Of a DNA stretch of 6,055 nt, positions 1 to 5,631 are shown one piece after another; the first letter of the stretch is position 1, and every line of letters begins with the position of its first letter. This DNA is from Escherichia coli (lineage in GTDB: Bacteria; Pseudomonadota; Gammaproteobacteria; Enterobacterales; Enterobacteriaceae). The stretch lies in the NCBI RefSeq assembly GCF_048403405.1, contig NZ_CP183132.1. One strand, written 5' to 3'. The position numbers were made by a program, and so were the translations under genes. The notes below the pieces were generated by a model. It did no database searches. It had not been told where the DNA came from and worked only from the letters and a program-made list of their open reading frames with translations.

Positions 1-2
1 TC

Positions 3-31
3 TTGAGATCCTTTTTTTCTGCGCGTAATCT
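3..31 (+). promoter_or_regulatory. RNAII (primer RNA) promoter: -35 TTGAGA (3-8), 17-bp spacer, -10 TAATCT (26-31), TSS near 38-39
   Basis: Sequence tcTTGAGAtcctttttttctgcgcgTAATCTgctgcctGtaaac matches the ColE1/pMB1 RNAII promoter block. A second copy with its true upstream context lies at 5634..5662. Confidence 0.8.
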
Positions 32-38
32 GCTGCCT

Positions 39-145
39 GTAAACGAAAAAACCGCCTTGCAGGGCGGTTTGATCGAAGGTTAAGTCAGCTTGCAGACTGC
101 TTAACCAGGTAACTGTCTTATGCGAGACGAGTCACCAAAATTGTT
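39..145 (-). ncRNA. RNAI: RNAI antisense copy-number control RNA (~107 nt)
   Basis: The 5' end maps to the reverse complement of ccaaaattgtt (ColE1 ccaaatactgt -> ACAGUAUUUGG). A -35 TTGAAG (rc of 175-180) and -10 CTACAC (rc of 152-157) lie upstream on the minus strand. The 3' end is the stem aaaccgcc/ggcggttt (49-56/63-70) followed by U6 on the minus strand. A duplicate copy lies at 5670..5776. Confidence 0.75.
44..70 (-). terminator. RNAI intrinsic terminator (stem-loop I' plus U-tract)
   Basis: Minus strand reads aaaccgcc-cugcaa-ggcgguuu followed by uuuucg. This 8-bp GC-rich stem plus U-run is the same architecture as the ColE1 RNAI terminator. Confidence 0.7.
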
Positions 146-589
146 CTTCTAGTGTAGCCGCACTCCGGCAGCCACTTCAAGTACTCTCTAAATATCTCGC
201 ACATGACTTTTACCAATGGCTGCTGCCAGTGGCGCTTTGTGGTGTCTTTTCCGGGTTGGACCCAAGAGAACAGTTACCGGAGAAGGCGCAGCAGTCGGGC
301 TGAACGGGGGGTTCCTGCATACAGCCCAGCCCGGAGCGAACTGCCTAAGTCGCCCCGAGATACCAGAAGACGTGAGCTATGAGAAAGCGCCACGTGTCCC
401 GTAAGGGAGAAAGGCGGAAAAGGTATCCGGTAATCGATATGGCGGGAACGTGGGGGCGCAGGAGGGAGCGATTCACCGGAAACGGTGATGATCTTTAAGC
501 CACGTCGGGTTTCGCCACCGCTGGCGGATTTCATGGTTGAGCCGCAAGGCTCCCACAGATGCACCGAAAAAGTGTCTGTTTTGTGAAGT

Positions 590-630
590 CCGTCAGGGGG
601 GCGGAGCCTATGGAAAAAGCGCCTCCGGCG
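590..630 (+). other. ori: origin of leading-strand DNA synthesis (RNase H processing / RNA-DNA transition region), approximate
   Basis: Conserved block gtcaggggggcggagcctatggaaaaagcgcc about 555 nt downstream of the RNAII start, homologous to the pMB1 origin point region. Confidence 0.55.
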
Positions 631-869
631 CGGCCTTTCCCGGGGTTTCGTTTTTTGCGTACATGTTCTTTCCTGGTTTATCCCCGGGTTCTGTGGATAA
701 CAGGGTTAGCGTTTTTGAGAAAGGAGAGTCCGCTCGCCGCAGCCGAACGACCGAGCGTAGCGAGTCAGTGAGCGAGGAAGCGGAAGAGCGCCTGAACTGG
801 CATTTTCTCCTTACGCATCTGTGCGGCATTTCACACCGGACATGGCGCACTTTTCATACAATCCGCACT

Positions 870-950
870 GATGCCGAATGGTTAAGCCAGTATACACTCC
901 GCTATCGCTACGTGACTGGGTCAGGGCTTCGCCCCGACACCCCAAAGGTC
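870..950 (-). other. oriT: oriT / bom (basis of mobility) with nic region; nick expected on the minus strand within 883-900
   Basis: ttaagccagtatacactccgctatcgctacgtgactgggtca…gccccgacaccc is near-identical to the pBR322/ColE1 bom region, including the rc cggagtgtatactggcttaa nic-site block and the GC-rich inverted repeat. Confidence 0.75.
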
Positions 951-1035
951 AACGGCCTGACGCGCCCTGGCGGGCTTGTCTGCTCCCGGCATCCGCTCAC
1001 AGACAAGCTGTGACCGTCTCCGGGAGCTGCATGTG

Positions 1036-1227
1036 TCAGCGGTTTTCACCGTCATCCCCGAAGCGTGCGAGGCAACTGCGGTAAAGCTCATCGGCGTGGT
1101 CGTGAAGCGATTCACAGATGTCTGCCTGTTCATCCGCGTCCAGTTCGTTGAGCTTCTCCAGCAGCGTTAATGTCTGGCCTCTGATGAAGCGGGCCATGTT
1201 AAGGGCGGTTTTTTCCTGTTTGGTCAC
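1036..1227 (-). CDS. rop: Rop/Rom RNA one modulator, 63 aa, GTG start
   Basis: Translation VTKQEKTALNMARFIRGQTLTLLEKLNELDADEQADICESLHDHADELYRSCLARFGDDGENR is essentially identical to ColE1/pMB1 Rop. GTG at 1227-1225 is preceded by ggaggcatca (SD), as in pBR322. The 87-aa ORF in the ORF track (1036..1299) is an upstream in-frame extension. Confidence 0.95.
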   Translation of the reverse strand: MTKQEKTALNMARFIRGQTLTLLEKLNELDADEQADICESLHDHADELYRSCLARFGDDGENR

Positions 1228-1258
1228 TGATGCCTCCGTGTAAGGGGGGGTTCTGTTC

Positions 1259-1615
1259 ATGGGGGTAATGATACCGATGAAACGCGAGAGGATGCTCACG
1301 ATACGGGTTACTGATGATGAACATGCCCGGTTACTGGAACGCTGTGAGGGTAAACAACTGGCGGTATGGATGCGGCGGGTCTGCCTGGGTGAGCCGGTTG
1401 CCCGTTCCGGGAAGCTGCCGACACTGGCACCGCCGTTACTGCGTCAGCTGGCCGCCATCGGGAATAACCTTAACCAGACAGCGAGGAAGGTGAACAGCGG
1501 GCAGTGGTCTTCCGGTGACCGGGTTCAGGTGGTGGCCGCACTGATGGCCATCGGGGATGAGCTGCGCCGGCTGCGTCTGGCGGTCAGGGAACAGGGGGCG
1601 CGGGATGATAGTTAA
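1259..1615 (+). CDS. mbeC: MbeC/MobC-like relaxosome accessory protein (ribbon-helix-helix); alternative start ATG 1292 (MLTIRV…)
   Basis: MLTIRVTDDEHARLLERCEGKQLAVWMRRVCL… matches ColE1 MbeC, whose truncated 5' part is also retained in pBR322. ATG 1259 has aaggggggg 8 nt upstream. Stop TAA 1613-1615 overlaps the mbeA start. Confidence 0.8.
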   Translation: MGVMIPMKRERMLTIRVTDDEHARLLERCEGKQLAVWMRRVCLGEPVARSGKLPTLAPPLLRQLAAIGNNLNQTARKVNSGQWSSGDRVQVVAALMAIGDELRRLRLAVREQGARDDS

Positions 1616-3170
1616 GTTTCATGCCAGGGGAAAAGGTGGTGGCAGTGGTCCGGTTGATTACCTGCTGGGAAGGGAGCGTAACCGGGAAGGGGCAACGGTG
1701 CTTCAGGGGAATCCGGAAGAGGTCCGGGAACTCATCGATGCCACGCCATTTGCGAAGAAATACACGTCAGGTGTTCTGTCGTTCGCGGAGAAGGAGCTGC
1801 CGCCTGGAGGGCGTGAAAAAGTGATGGCGAGCTTTGAGCGTGTACTGATGCCCGGTCTCGAGAAAAATCAGTACAGCATCCTGTGGGTGGAGCACCAGGA
1901 CAAGGGACGGCTTGAGCTGAATTTTGTCATTCCGAACATGGAGCTACAGACCGGAAAACGCCTCCAGCCGTACTACGACCGGGCAGACAGGCCGAGAATT
2001 GATGCCTGGCAGACGCTGGTGAATCACCATTACGGTCTGCATGACCCCAACGCCCCGGAGAACCGCCGGACGCTGACCCTTCCTGATAACCTGCCGGAAA
2101 CGAAACAGGCGCTTGCTGAGGGCGTCACACGCGGGATAGACGCGCTTTACCATGCCGGAGAGATAAAAGGCCGTCAGGATGTGATTCAGGCGCTCACAGA
2201 GGCGGGGCTTGAAGTGGTCAGGGTGACGCGAAGCAGTATCAGCATTGCAGACCCGAACGGCGGGAGGAATATCAGACTGAAAGGAGCGTTTTATGAGCAA
2301 TCTTTTACAGACGGGCGCGGAGTTCGAGAAAAAGCTGAAAGAGAGAGCCGAATCTACAGAGAAAATGCTGAACGACGAGTTCAGGAAGCTCGAAGAATCT
2401 GTAAACAGGGAACTGACCTCAAACGAATCTTTAATCAGGAACGCTATCAACGACCATACAACAGCCCTGAAAGAACTGCTGGAGAGGTATCAGAAAACGA
2501 CCGTCGATACGATGGACGCGCACTGGAAAACCGTACTGAAAATGAGCGTGAAACGCTGGCTGTGGCTGATTATCGTCTCAGTACTGATGTTTGCCACGAC
2601 CGGGAGTCTGCTGTGGTACCAGGGCATGAAGATAAACGCGAATATGAATATTCTCCGCGAGCAGAAAGAGAGTCTGGAGAAGCTGAACGCGAAGACATGG
2701 GGCGTGCGTTATCACGAGGACAGCAACGGACGTTTTCTGGTGTTGCCGAAGGGGATGAAAGCCGAAACGAACTGGACGAAGGACAACGGCAAACTGAACG
2801 CAGTGAGACTGGTGCAGGAGTGACAGAGCATGACGGAGCTGGAAAGACATTTGCTGAACGCATTAGAGCAACTGCAACAGGACTATATGCAGCGGCTGAA
2901 CGAATGGGAGAACGCCTTCGTGGAATTGCAGAAAATGTTTTCGCTTACGCAACGGGACAACGCGATGCTGAACGGGCGAGTCATGCAGTTGAGTCAGCAG
3001 GTGCAGCACTTGAGCGAGCGGACAGAACGCTTGAGCCAGTTATACAGCGAGAACAGGAGATAAGGGATGAACGGCTGATGCAGGAACGCGAACATGAGTT
3101 ATCTCTGGAGCGGGAGCGTCAGCCGGAAATCCAGGAGCGGACACTGGATGGCCCTTCGCTGGGATGGTGA
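1605..3170 (+). CDS. mbeA: MbeA relaxase, MOB(HEN) family, 521 aa
   Basis: MIVKFHARGKGGGSGPVDYLLG… is the ColE1 MbeA N-terminus, with catalytic Tyr19 (1659-1661) and the H97-E104-N106 motif (VEHQDKGRLELNF). ATG 1605 is preceded by gggggcgcggg. The E/R-rich low-complexity C-terminal half is typical. The ORF track's 537-aa call (start 1557) is an upstream extension. Confidence 0.9.
   Translation: MIVKFHARGKGGGSGPVDYLLGRERNREGATVLQGNPEEVRELIDATPFAKKYTSGVLSFAEKELPPGGREKVMASFERVLMPGLEKNQYSILWVEHQDKGRLELNFVIPNMELQTGKRLQPYYDRADRPRIDAWQTLVNHHYGLHDPNAPENRRTLTLPDNLPETKQALAEGVTRGIDALYHAGEIKGRQDVIQALTEAGLEVVRVTRSSISIADPNGGRNIRLKGAFYEQSFTDGRGVREKAERESRIYRENAERRVQEARRICKQGTDLKRIFNQERYQRPYNSPERTAGEVSENDRRYDGRALENRTENERETLAVADYRLSTDVCHDRESAVVPGHEDKREYEYSPRAERESGEAEREDMGRALSRGQQRTFSGVAEGDESRNELDEGQRQTERSETGAGVTEHDGAGKTFAERIRATATGLYAAAERMGERLRGIAENVFAYATGQRDAERASHAVESAGAALERADRTLEPVIQREQEIRDERLMQEREHELSLERERQPEIQERTLDGPSLGW
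2293..2823 (+). CDS. mbeB: MbeB mobilisation protein, 176 aa, one TM segment; nested inside mbeA in a different frame
   Basis: MSNLLQTGAEFEKKLKERAE…WLWLIIVSVLMFATTGSLLWY… matches ColE1 MbeB. SD aaggag lies 6 nt upstream of ATG 2293. The gene sits entirely inside mbeA at +1 offset, the known ColE1 arrangement. Confidence 0.85.
   Translation: MSNLLQTGAEFEKKLKERAESTEKMLNDEFRKLEESVNRELTSNESLIRNAINDHTTALKELLERYQKTTVDTMDAHWKTVLKMSVKRWLWLIIVSVLMFATTGSLLWYQGMKINANMNILREQKESLEKLNAKTWGVRYHEDSNGRFLVLPKGMKAETNWTKDNGKLNAVRLVQE
2830..3063 (+). CDS. mbeD: MbeD mobilisation / entry-exclusion-like protein, 77 aa; nested inside mbeA
   Basis: MTELERHLLNALEQLQQDYMQRLNEWENAF… matches ColE1 MbeD. SD aggag lies 9-10 nt upstream. 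The gene starts 7 nt after the mbeB stop, in the same frame as mbeB. Confidence 0.8.
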   Translation: MTELERHLLNALEQLQQDYMQRLNEWENAFVELQKMFSLTQRDNAMLNGRVMQLSQQVQHLSERTERLSQLYSENRR

Positions 3171-3230
3171 AACCATGAAAAATGACGTGTTCAGTGGATT
3201 AAGGCGGGCTAATGTGGCCTGTAGCATCTG

Positions 3231-3248
3231 GTTGCATAGGTATTCATG
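3231..3248. promoter_or_regulatory. ARG box (ArgR binding site) of the cer-like accessory region
   Basis: gtTGCATaggtATTCAtg: 11 of 14 core positions match the TGAAT-W4-ATTCA ArgR consensus. It lies ~105 bp upstream of the XerC arm, the spacing seen in ColE1 cer. Confidence 0.5.
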
Positions 3249-3250
3249 CG

Positions 3251-3375
3251 GTTAAAATTTATCAGGTGCGATCGCGGCAGTTTTTCGGGTGGTTTGTTGC
3301 CATTTTTACCTGTCTGCTGCCGTGATCGCACCGAACGCGTTTTGGCGGTGCGTACAATGCGACGTTATGGTAAAT
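3251..3375. other. cer: cer-like multimer resolution site: accessory sequences plus XerC arm GGTGCGTACAA (3347-3357), 7-bp central region TGCGACG (3358-3364), XerD arm TTATGGTAAAT (3365-3375)
   Basis: Both arms are identical to the ColE1 cer XerC and XerD arms as I recall them. The upstream ~100 bp (…atcaggtgcgatcgcggcagtttttcgggtggtttgttgccatttttacctgtctgctgccgtgatcgcacc…) closely matches the ColE1 cer accessory sequence. It lies between mob and the cargo segment, as cer does in ColE1. Confidence 0.8.
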
Positions 3376-3459
3376 GGAGCGGATTTTCAGGAAGGAGTGA
3401 TACTAACAACTCGAACACTGTGCAAATAATGATTTTTTTAAAATATCGGTAACGATAAT

Positions 3460-3500
3460 AAATTATTTCGTTTTACGCCGGTAATAAATATAATGTAGTT
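3460..3500 (+). promoter_or_regulatory. candidate sigma70 promoter for the cargo operon: perfect -10 TATAAT at 3489-3494, AT-rich UP-like upstream, weak -35
   Basis: ataaaTATAATgtag sits ~50 bp upstream of the ORF A start. No good TTGACA is present at the 17-bp spacing. Alternative -10 tatata at 3505-3510. Confidence 0.35.
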
Positions 3501-3543
3501 TCAGTATATAAAAAAATATATGAGGTGTCTTGTGGGAGCTTTC

Positions 3544-4596
3544 ATGAATCTTCAACAACGTATAAATAAACTACCACAATTATCATCCAGTTTTTCATTT
3601 GGAAAAGATATTGATAATATTCATTCATTTATCTTTAACGAAACTTCTAAAGATAAAATTGAAGATTTACTAAGAAAATGGGTGTCAGGCAATCAGCCCT
3701 GTGTATTTGGTAAATTGGCAAGCAAGAAAATTAAAGGGCTTGATTTCCATTTATCTATTGTAAATAGCCCCCAACTATATAATGATGATGGTCATTTGTT
3801 TGATTTTTTGCGTAATGAAAGAGTTCGTTTTAAAGAACGCGCAAGAAGAGGAGAGGTCAGTGCGCATCTCATTTATTTTATTCATCCACAACTTGCCTTT
3901 GCTCGTCCATCAGAAGAGTTAGTGGACATACAAAAATATATTTGTTCGCTGCATATGCCAGAGTGCTATCCAATAAAAGAGGATGTTATTTATACTGAAA
4001 GCGTACCATTTCAGGATAAAGATGGGCTAAAAATATATAAGGCTGGTGTTAATGTTTTTTACTCTTCTGCTCATAGAACAAGAAATCATGATAGAAGAAT
4101 ACCAGGGGGAATACTTATTTCTGTAAATGCCCCGGGGCATTTTATGAGGCTGGCGATAGAAAAAGGTTTCTATAAAGATCAAGAACAAGCGTTAGCGGAT
4201 ATTCGTAACATGACTATTCAGTCTGTTGGTAAGGGTGGGTATTCACATCCGGAAGGGATTTCTACAACATGGCATTCAGAATCTAATTTGGATCGTTTTG
4301 GATGCCCAGTGCACACCGGTAATAGTTCTTATTACAGCGGTTTTTATCATACTGATGTATTAATTCCAGGAGAATTAACTAAGGATGAAAGATTGCTCCA
4401 TGAAATAGAAAATAGTGATCCAATGATCTTCAACTGGAATGTATTGTTTTATGTTTCATTAGAAGAGTTTCCTATAGATGATCCTTATTATGGAGAGTTT
4501 ATTGGTATTCCTGTAGATGATGCATCTATGTTTTTTAACTCCTTTCAACCAAGGAAATTTGAAAACAAACCCCTTTATGAGAAAGAGGATGATTAA
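3544..4596 (+). CDS. hypothetical cytoplasmic protein, 350 aa; no recognisable family; first gene of the cargo operon
   Basis: A 1.05-kb uninterrupted frame in ~30% GC DNA, where chance ORFs of this length are very unlikely. ATG 3544 has GGGAG (3534-3538) 5 nt upstream. The ORF track's start at 3520 has no SD. No signal peptide or TM segment. Stop TAA 4594-4596 lies 1 nt before the ORF B start. Confidence 0.8.
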   Translation: MNLQQRINKLPQLSSSFSFGKDIDNIHSFIFNETSKDKIEDLLRKWVSGNQPCVFGKLASKKIKGLDFHLSIVNSPQLYNDDGHLFDFLRNERVRFKERARRGEVSAHLIYFIHPQLAFARPSEELVDIQKYICSLHMPECYPIKEDVIYTESVPFQDKDGLKIYKAGVNVFYSSAHRTRNHDRRIPGGILISVNAPGHFMRLAIEKGFYKDQEQALADIRNMTIQSVGKGGYSHPEGISTTWHSESNLDRFGCPVHTGNSSYYSGFYHTDVLIPGELTKDERLLHEIENSDPMIFNWNVLFYVSLEEFPIDDPYYGEFIGIPVDDASMFFNSFQPRKFENKPLYEKEDD

Positions 4597-4597
4597 T

Positions 4598-5464
4598 ATG
4601 ATTAAAGGAATGCTTTTTGCTTTTTTAGCAGCGTTCTCATGGGGGGCAGCTATCGTAATGAGCAAAAAAGGAGTTGAAGAACTAGATGCCGGAGGGGTGT
4701 TTTTCTGGCAGATTTGTAGTGCAGTAATACTATCTTGGATAGTTCTTTTTATAAAAAGAAAAAAACTCCCATTAAACTCAAAAGCGATACTTGCTTATGC
4801 GACAGGCGTTTTTGAACCATTCTTAGCGTATACTTTTACACTCTACGGACTTTATTTTATTTCAGCAGGAAGCGCATCAATTATTTTTTCACTTGAATCA
4901 GTGTTTATATTGGTGTTGTCTGTTCTTATTTGCTCAGTTAAAATTAATTCCCCGCAATATTTTATATTGTTCCTTATAGGTGCAATTGTTGGCAGTATTT
5001 TGGTAGCCTTGCCAGACATCAGTAATGGATCGAATAATATTGTTGGATATTGTCTTGTTGTTGCCGGTGTGTTATCGGCAGCATTTTATGTTGTTATATC
5101 GTCTCGCCTTATTAAATCGTTTGAGCCTATCACATTATTGAGCGGACAGTTGACATTCTCCCTTATACTGTCATCGCTCTTTATTTTTATATCTAAATCA
5201 TCAATTTATCTTCCGTTGGAATCCGTGATTATTGTTTTTTCATCTGGAATATTACAATATTTTTTAGCTTTTTGTTTTTACTTGAACTCCTTGCGTTGGC
5301 TCCCAGTTCATTTGGCAGGGATAATGTTGTACTTTATTCCGCTAGTTGCATTATTTTTGTCATGGTTGTTTTTGGATGAACAATTCACATTCTTACAGGG
5401 GGTAGGATTTATTGTAACTGTGCTAAGTGTATATTTTCTTAACAGAAAATACTCAGAGGAGTAA
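4598..5464 (+). CDS. EamA/DMT-superfamily permease, 288 aa, ~10 TM helices (two EamA repeats)
   Basis: N-terminal LFAFLAAFSWGAAIVMSKK matches the EamA signature (…F.WG..F…K). About 10 hydrophobic spans alternate with short loops (e.g. GGVFFWQICSAVILSWIVLFI, IVGYCLVVAGVLSAAFYVVISS, LPVHLAGIMLYFIPLVALFLSWLFL). ATG 4598 has SD AAGAGGA 8 nt upstream (ATG 4589 is also possible) and is translationally coupled to ORF A. The ORF track's start at 4517 would overlap ORF A by 80 nt and is unlikely. Confidence 0.9.
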   Translation: MIKGMLFAFLAAFSWGAAIVMSKKGVEELDAGGVFFWQICSAVILSWIVLFIKRKKLPLNSKAILAYATGVFEPFLAYTFTLYGLYFISAGSASIIFSLESVFILVLSVLICSVKINSPQYFILFLIGAIVGSILVALPDISNGSNNIVGYCLVVAGVLSAAFYVVISSRLIKSFEPITLLSGQLTFSLILSSLFIFISKSSIYLPLESVIIVFSSGILQYFLAFCFYLNSLRWLPVHLAGIMLYFIPLVALFLSWLFLDEQFTFLQGVGFIVTVLSVYFLNRKYSEE

Positions 5465-5631
5465 CATTCTGTTCAGGATTGCCCCCCGGCCTCCATCGAT
5501 ACCGTGCCAAATGCACGTAAAAAACGGGAGCGTTTCTGGTGTCGGAATGTAACCAAGGGGGTCAGAGGCGCGCTAAAACGCTCTCAGGGGAGTCAAATAG
5601 AGACGTTTGTAACAAAAAGATCAAAGGATCC

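Larger units (their letters stand above)
39..620 (+). ncRNA. RNAII: RNAII pre-primer transcript of a ColE1-type origin; 3' end/RNA-DNA switch approximate
   Basis: Starts at gtaaacgaaaaaacc (ColE1 has gcaaacaaaaaaacc). Region 237..800 aligns closely with pMB1 ori (…ccagtggctgctgccagtggcg…gtcaggggggcggagcctatggaaaaa…ccgctcgccgcagccgaacgaccgagcg…). By the ColE1 rule the origin is ~555 nt downstream of the RNAII start, i.e. around 590-630. Confidence 0.75.

Noticed and set aside
700-800. Primosome assembly (n'/pas) sites downstream of ori
   Set aside because: The block ccgctcgccgcagccgaacgaccgagcgtagcgagtcagtgagcgaggaagcggaagagcg is conserved with pBR322, where rri/pas sites were mapped. I cannot place their boundaries from memory well enough to annotate them.
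216-1170. ORF-track ORFs inside the ori/bom region (216..404+, 274..564-, 537..1013+, 559..771+, 608..850-, 878..1084+, 921..1133-, 976..1170+)
   Set aside because: They lie within the conserved RNAII/ori/bom non-coding region of ColE1-type replicons or antisense to rop. None has an SD, and such ORFs are typical of GC-rich non-coding DNA. 5847..6035 is the wrap-around duplicate of 216..404.
1557-1604. Upstream extension of the mbeA ORF (537-aa version starting 1557)
   Set aside because: The ColE1 MbeA N-terminus MIVKFHARG starts at 1605 with a G-rich SD. The extension overlaps mbeC and has no SD.
1621-2863. ORFs 1621..1824+, 1944..2450-, 2570..2863-, 2578..2850- overlapping mbeA/mbeB
   Set aside because: They are off-frame or antisense ORFs inside a GC-rich coding region and match no known ColE1 product. 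Only mbeB and mbeD are the established nested genes.
3246-3452. 68-aa ORF across the cer-like site
   Set aside because: It lies inside a conserved cis-acting recombination site, with no SD, and its content is dominated by the site's palindromes.
3501-3530. Possible LexA/SOS box (cagtatataaaaaaatatatg) upstream of ORF A, as in colicin operons
   Set aside because: It lacks the CTGT…ACAG arms. It is only an AT-rich alternating tract.
4459-4665. 68-aa minus-strand ORF spanning the ORF A/ORF B junction
   Set aside because: It is antisense to two well-supported genes, has no SD, and is the kind of chance ORF expected in AT-rich DNA.
5505-5535. Weak hairpin plus T-run on the minus strand (rc aaacgctcccgtttttt)
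   Set aside because: The stem is only 5 bp and AT-rich. There is no upstream minus-strand gene for it to terminate.
5520-5560. Second XerC/XerD-like site at the right cargo boundary (ggtgtcggaatgtaacc)
   Set aside because: It shares only GGTG with the XerC arm, and no TTATG-TAAA(T/C) XerD arm is nearby. I cannot support a site here.
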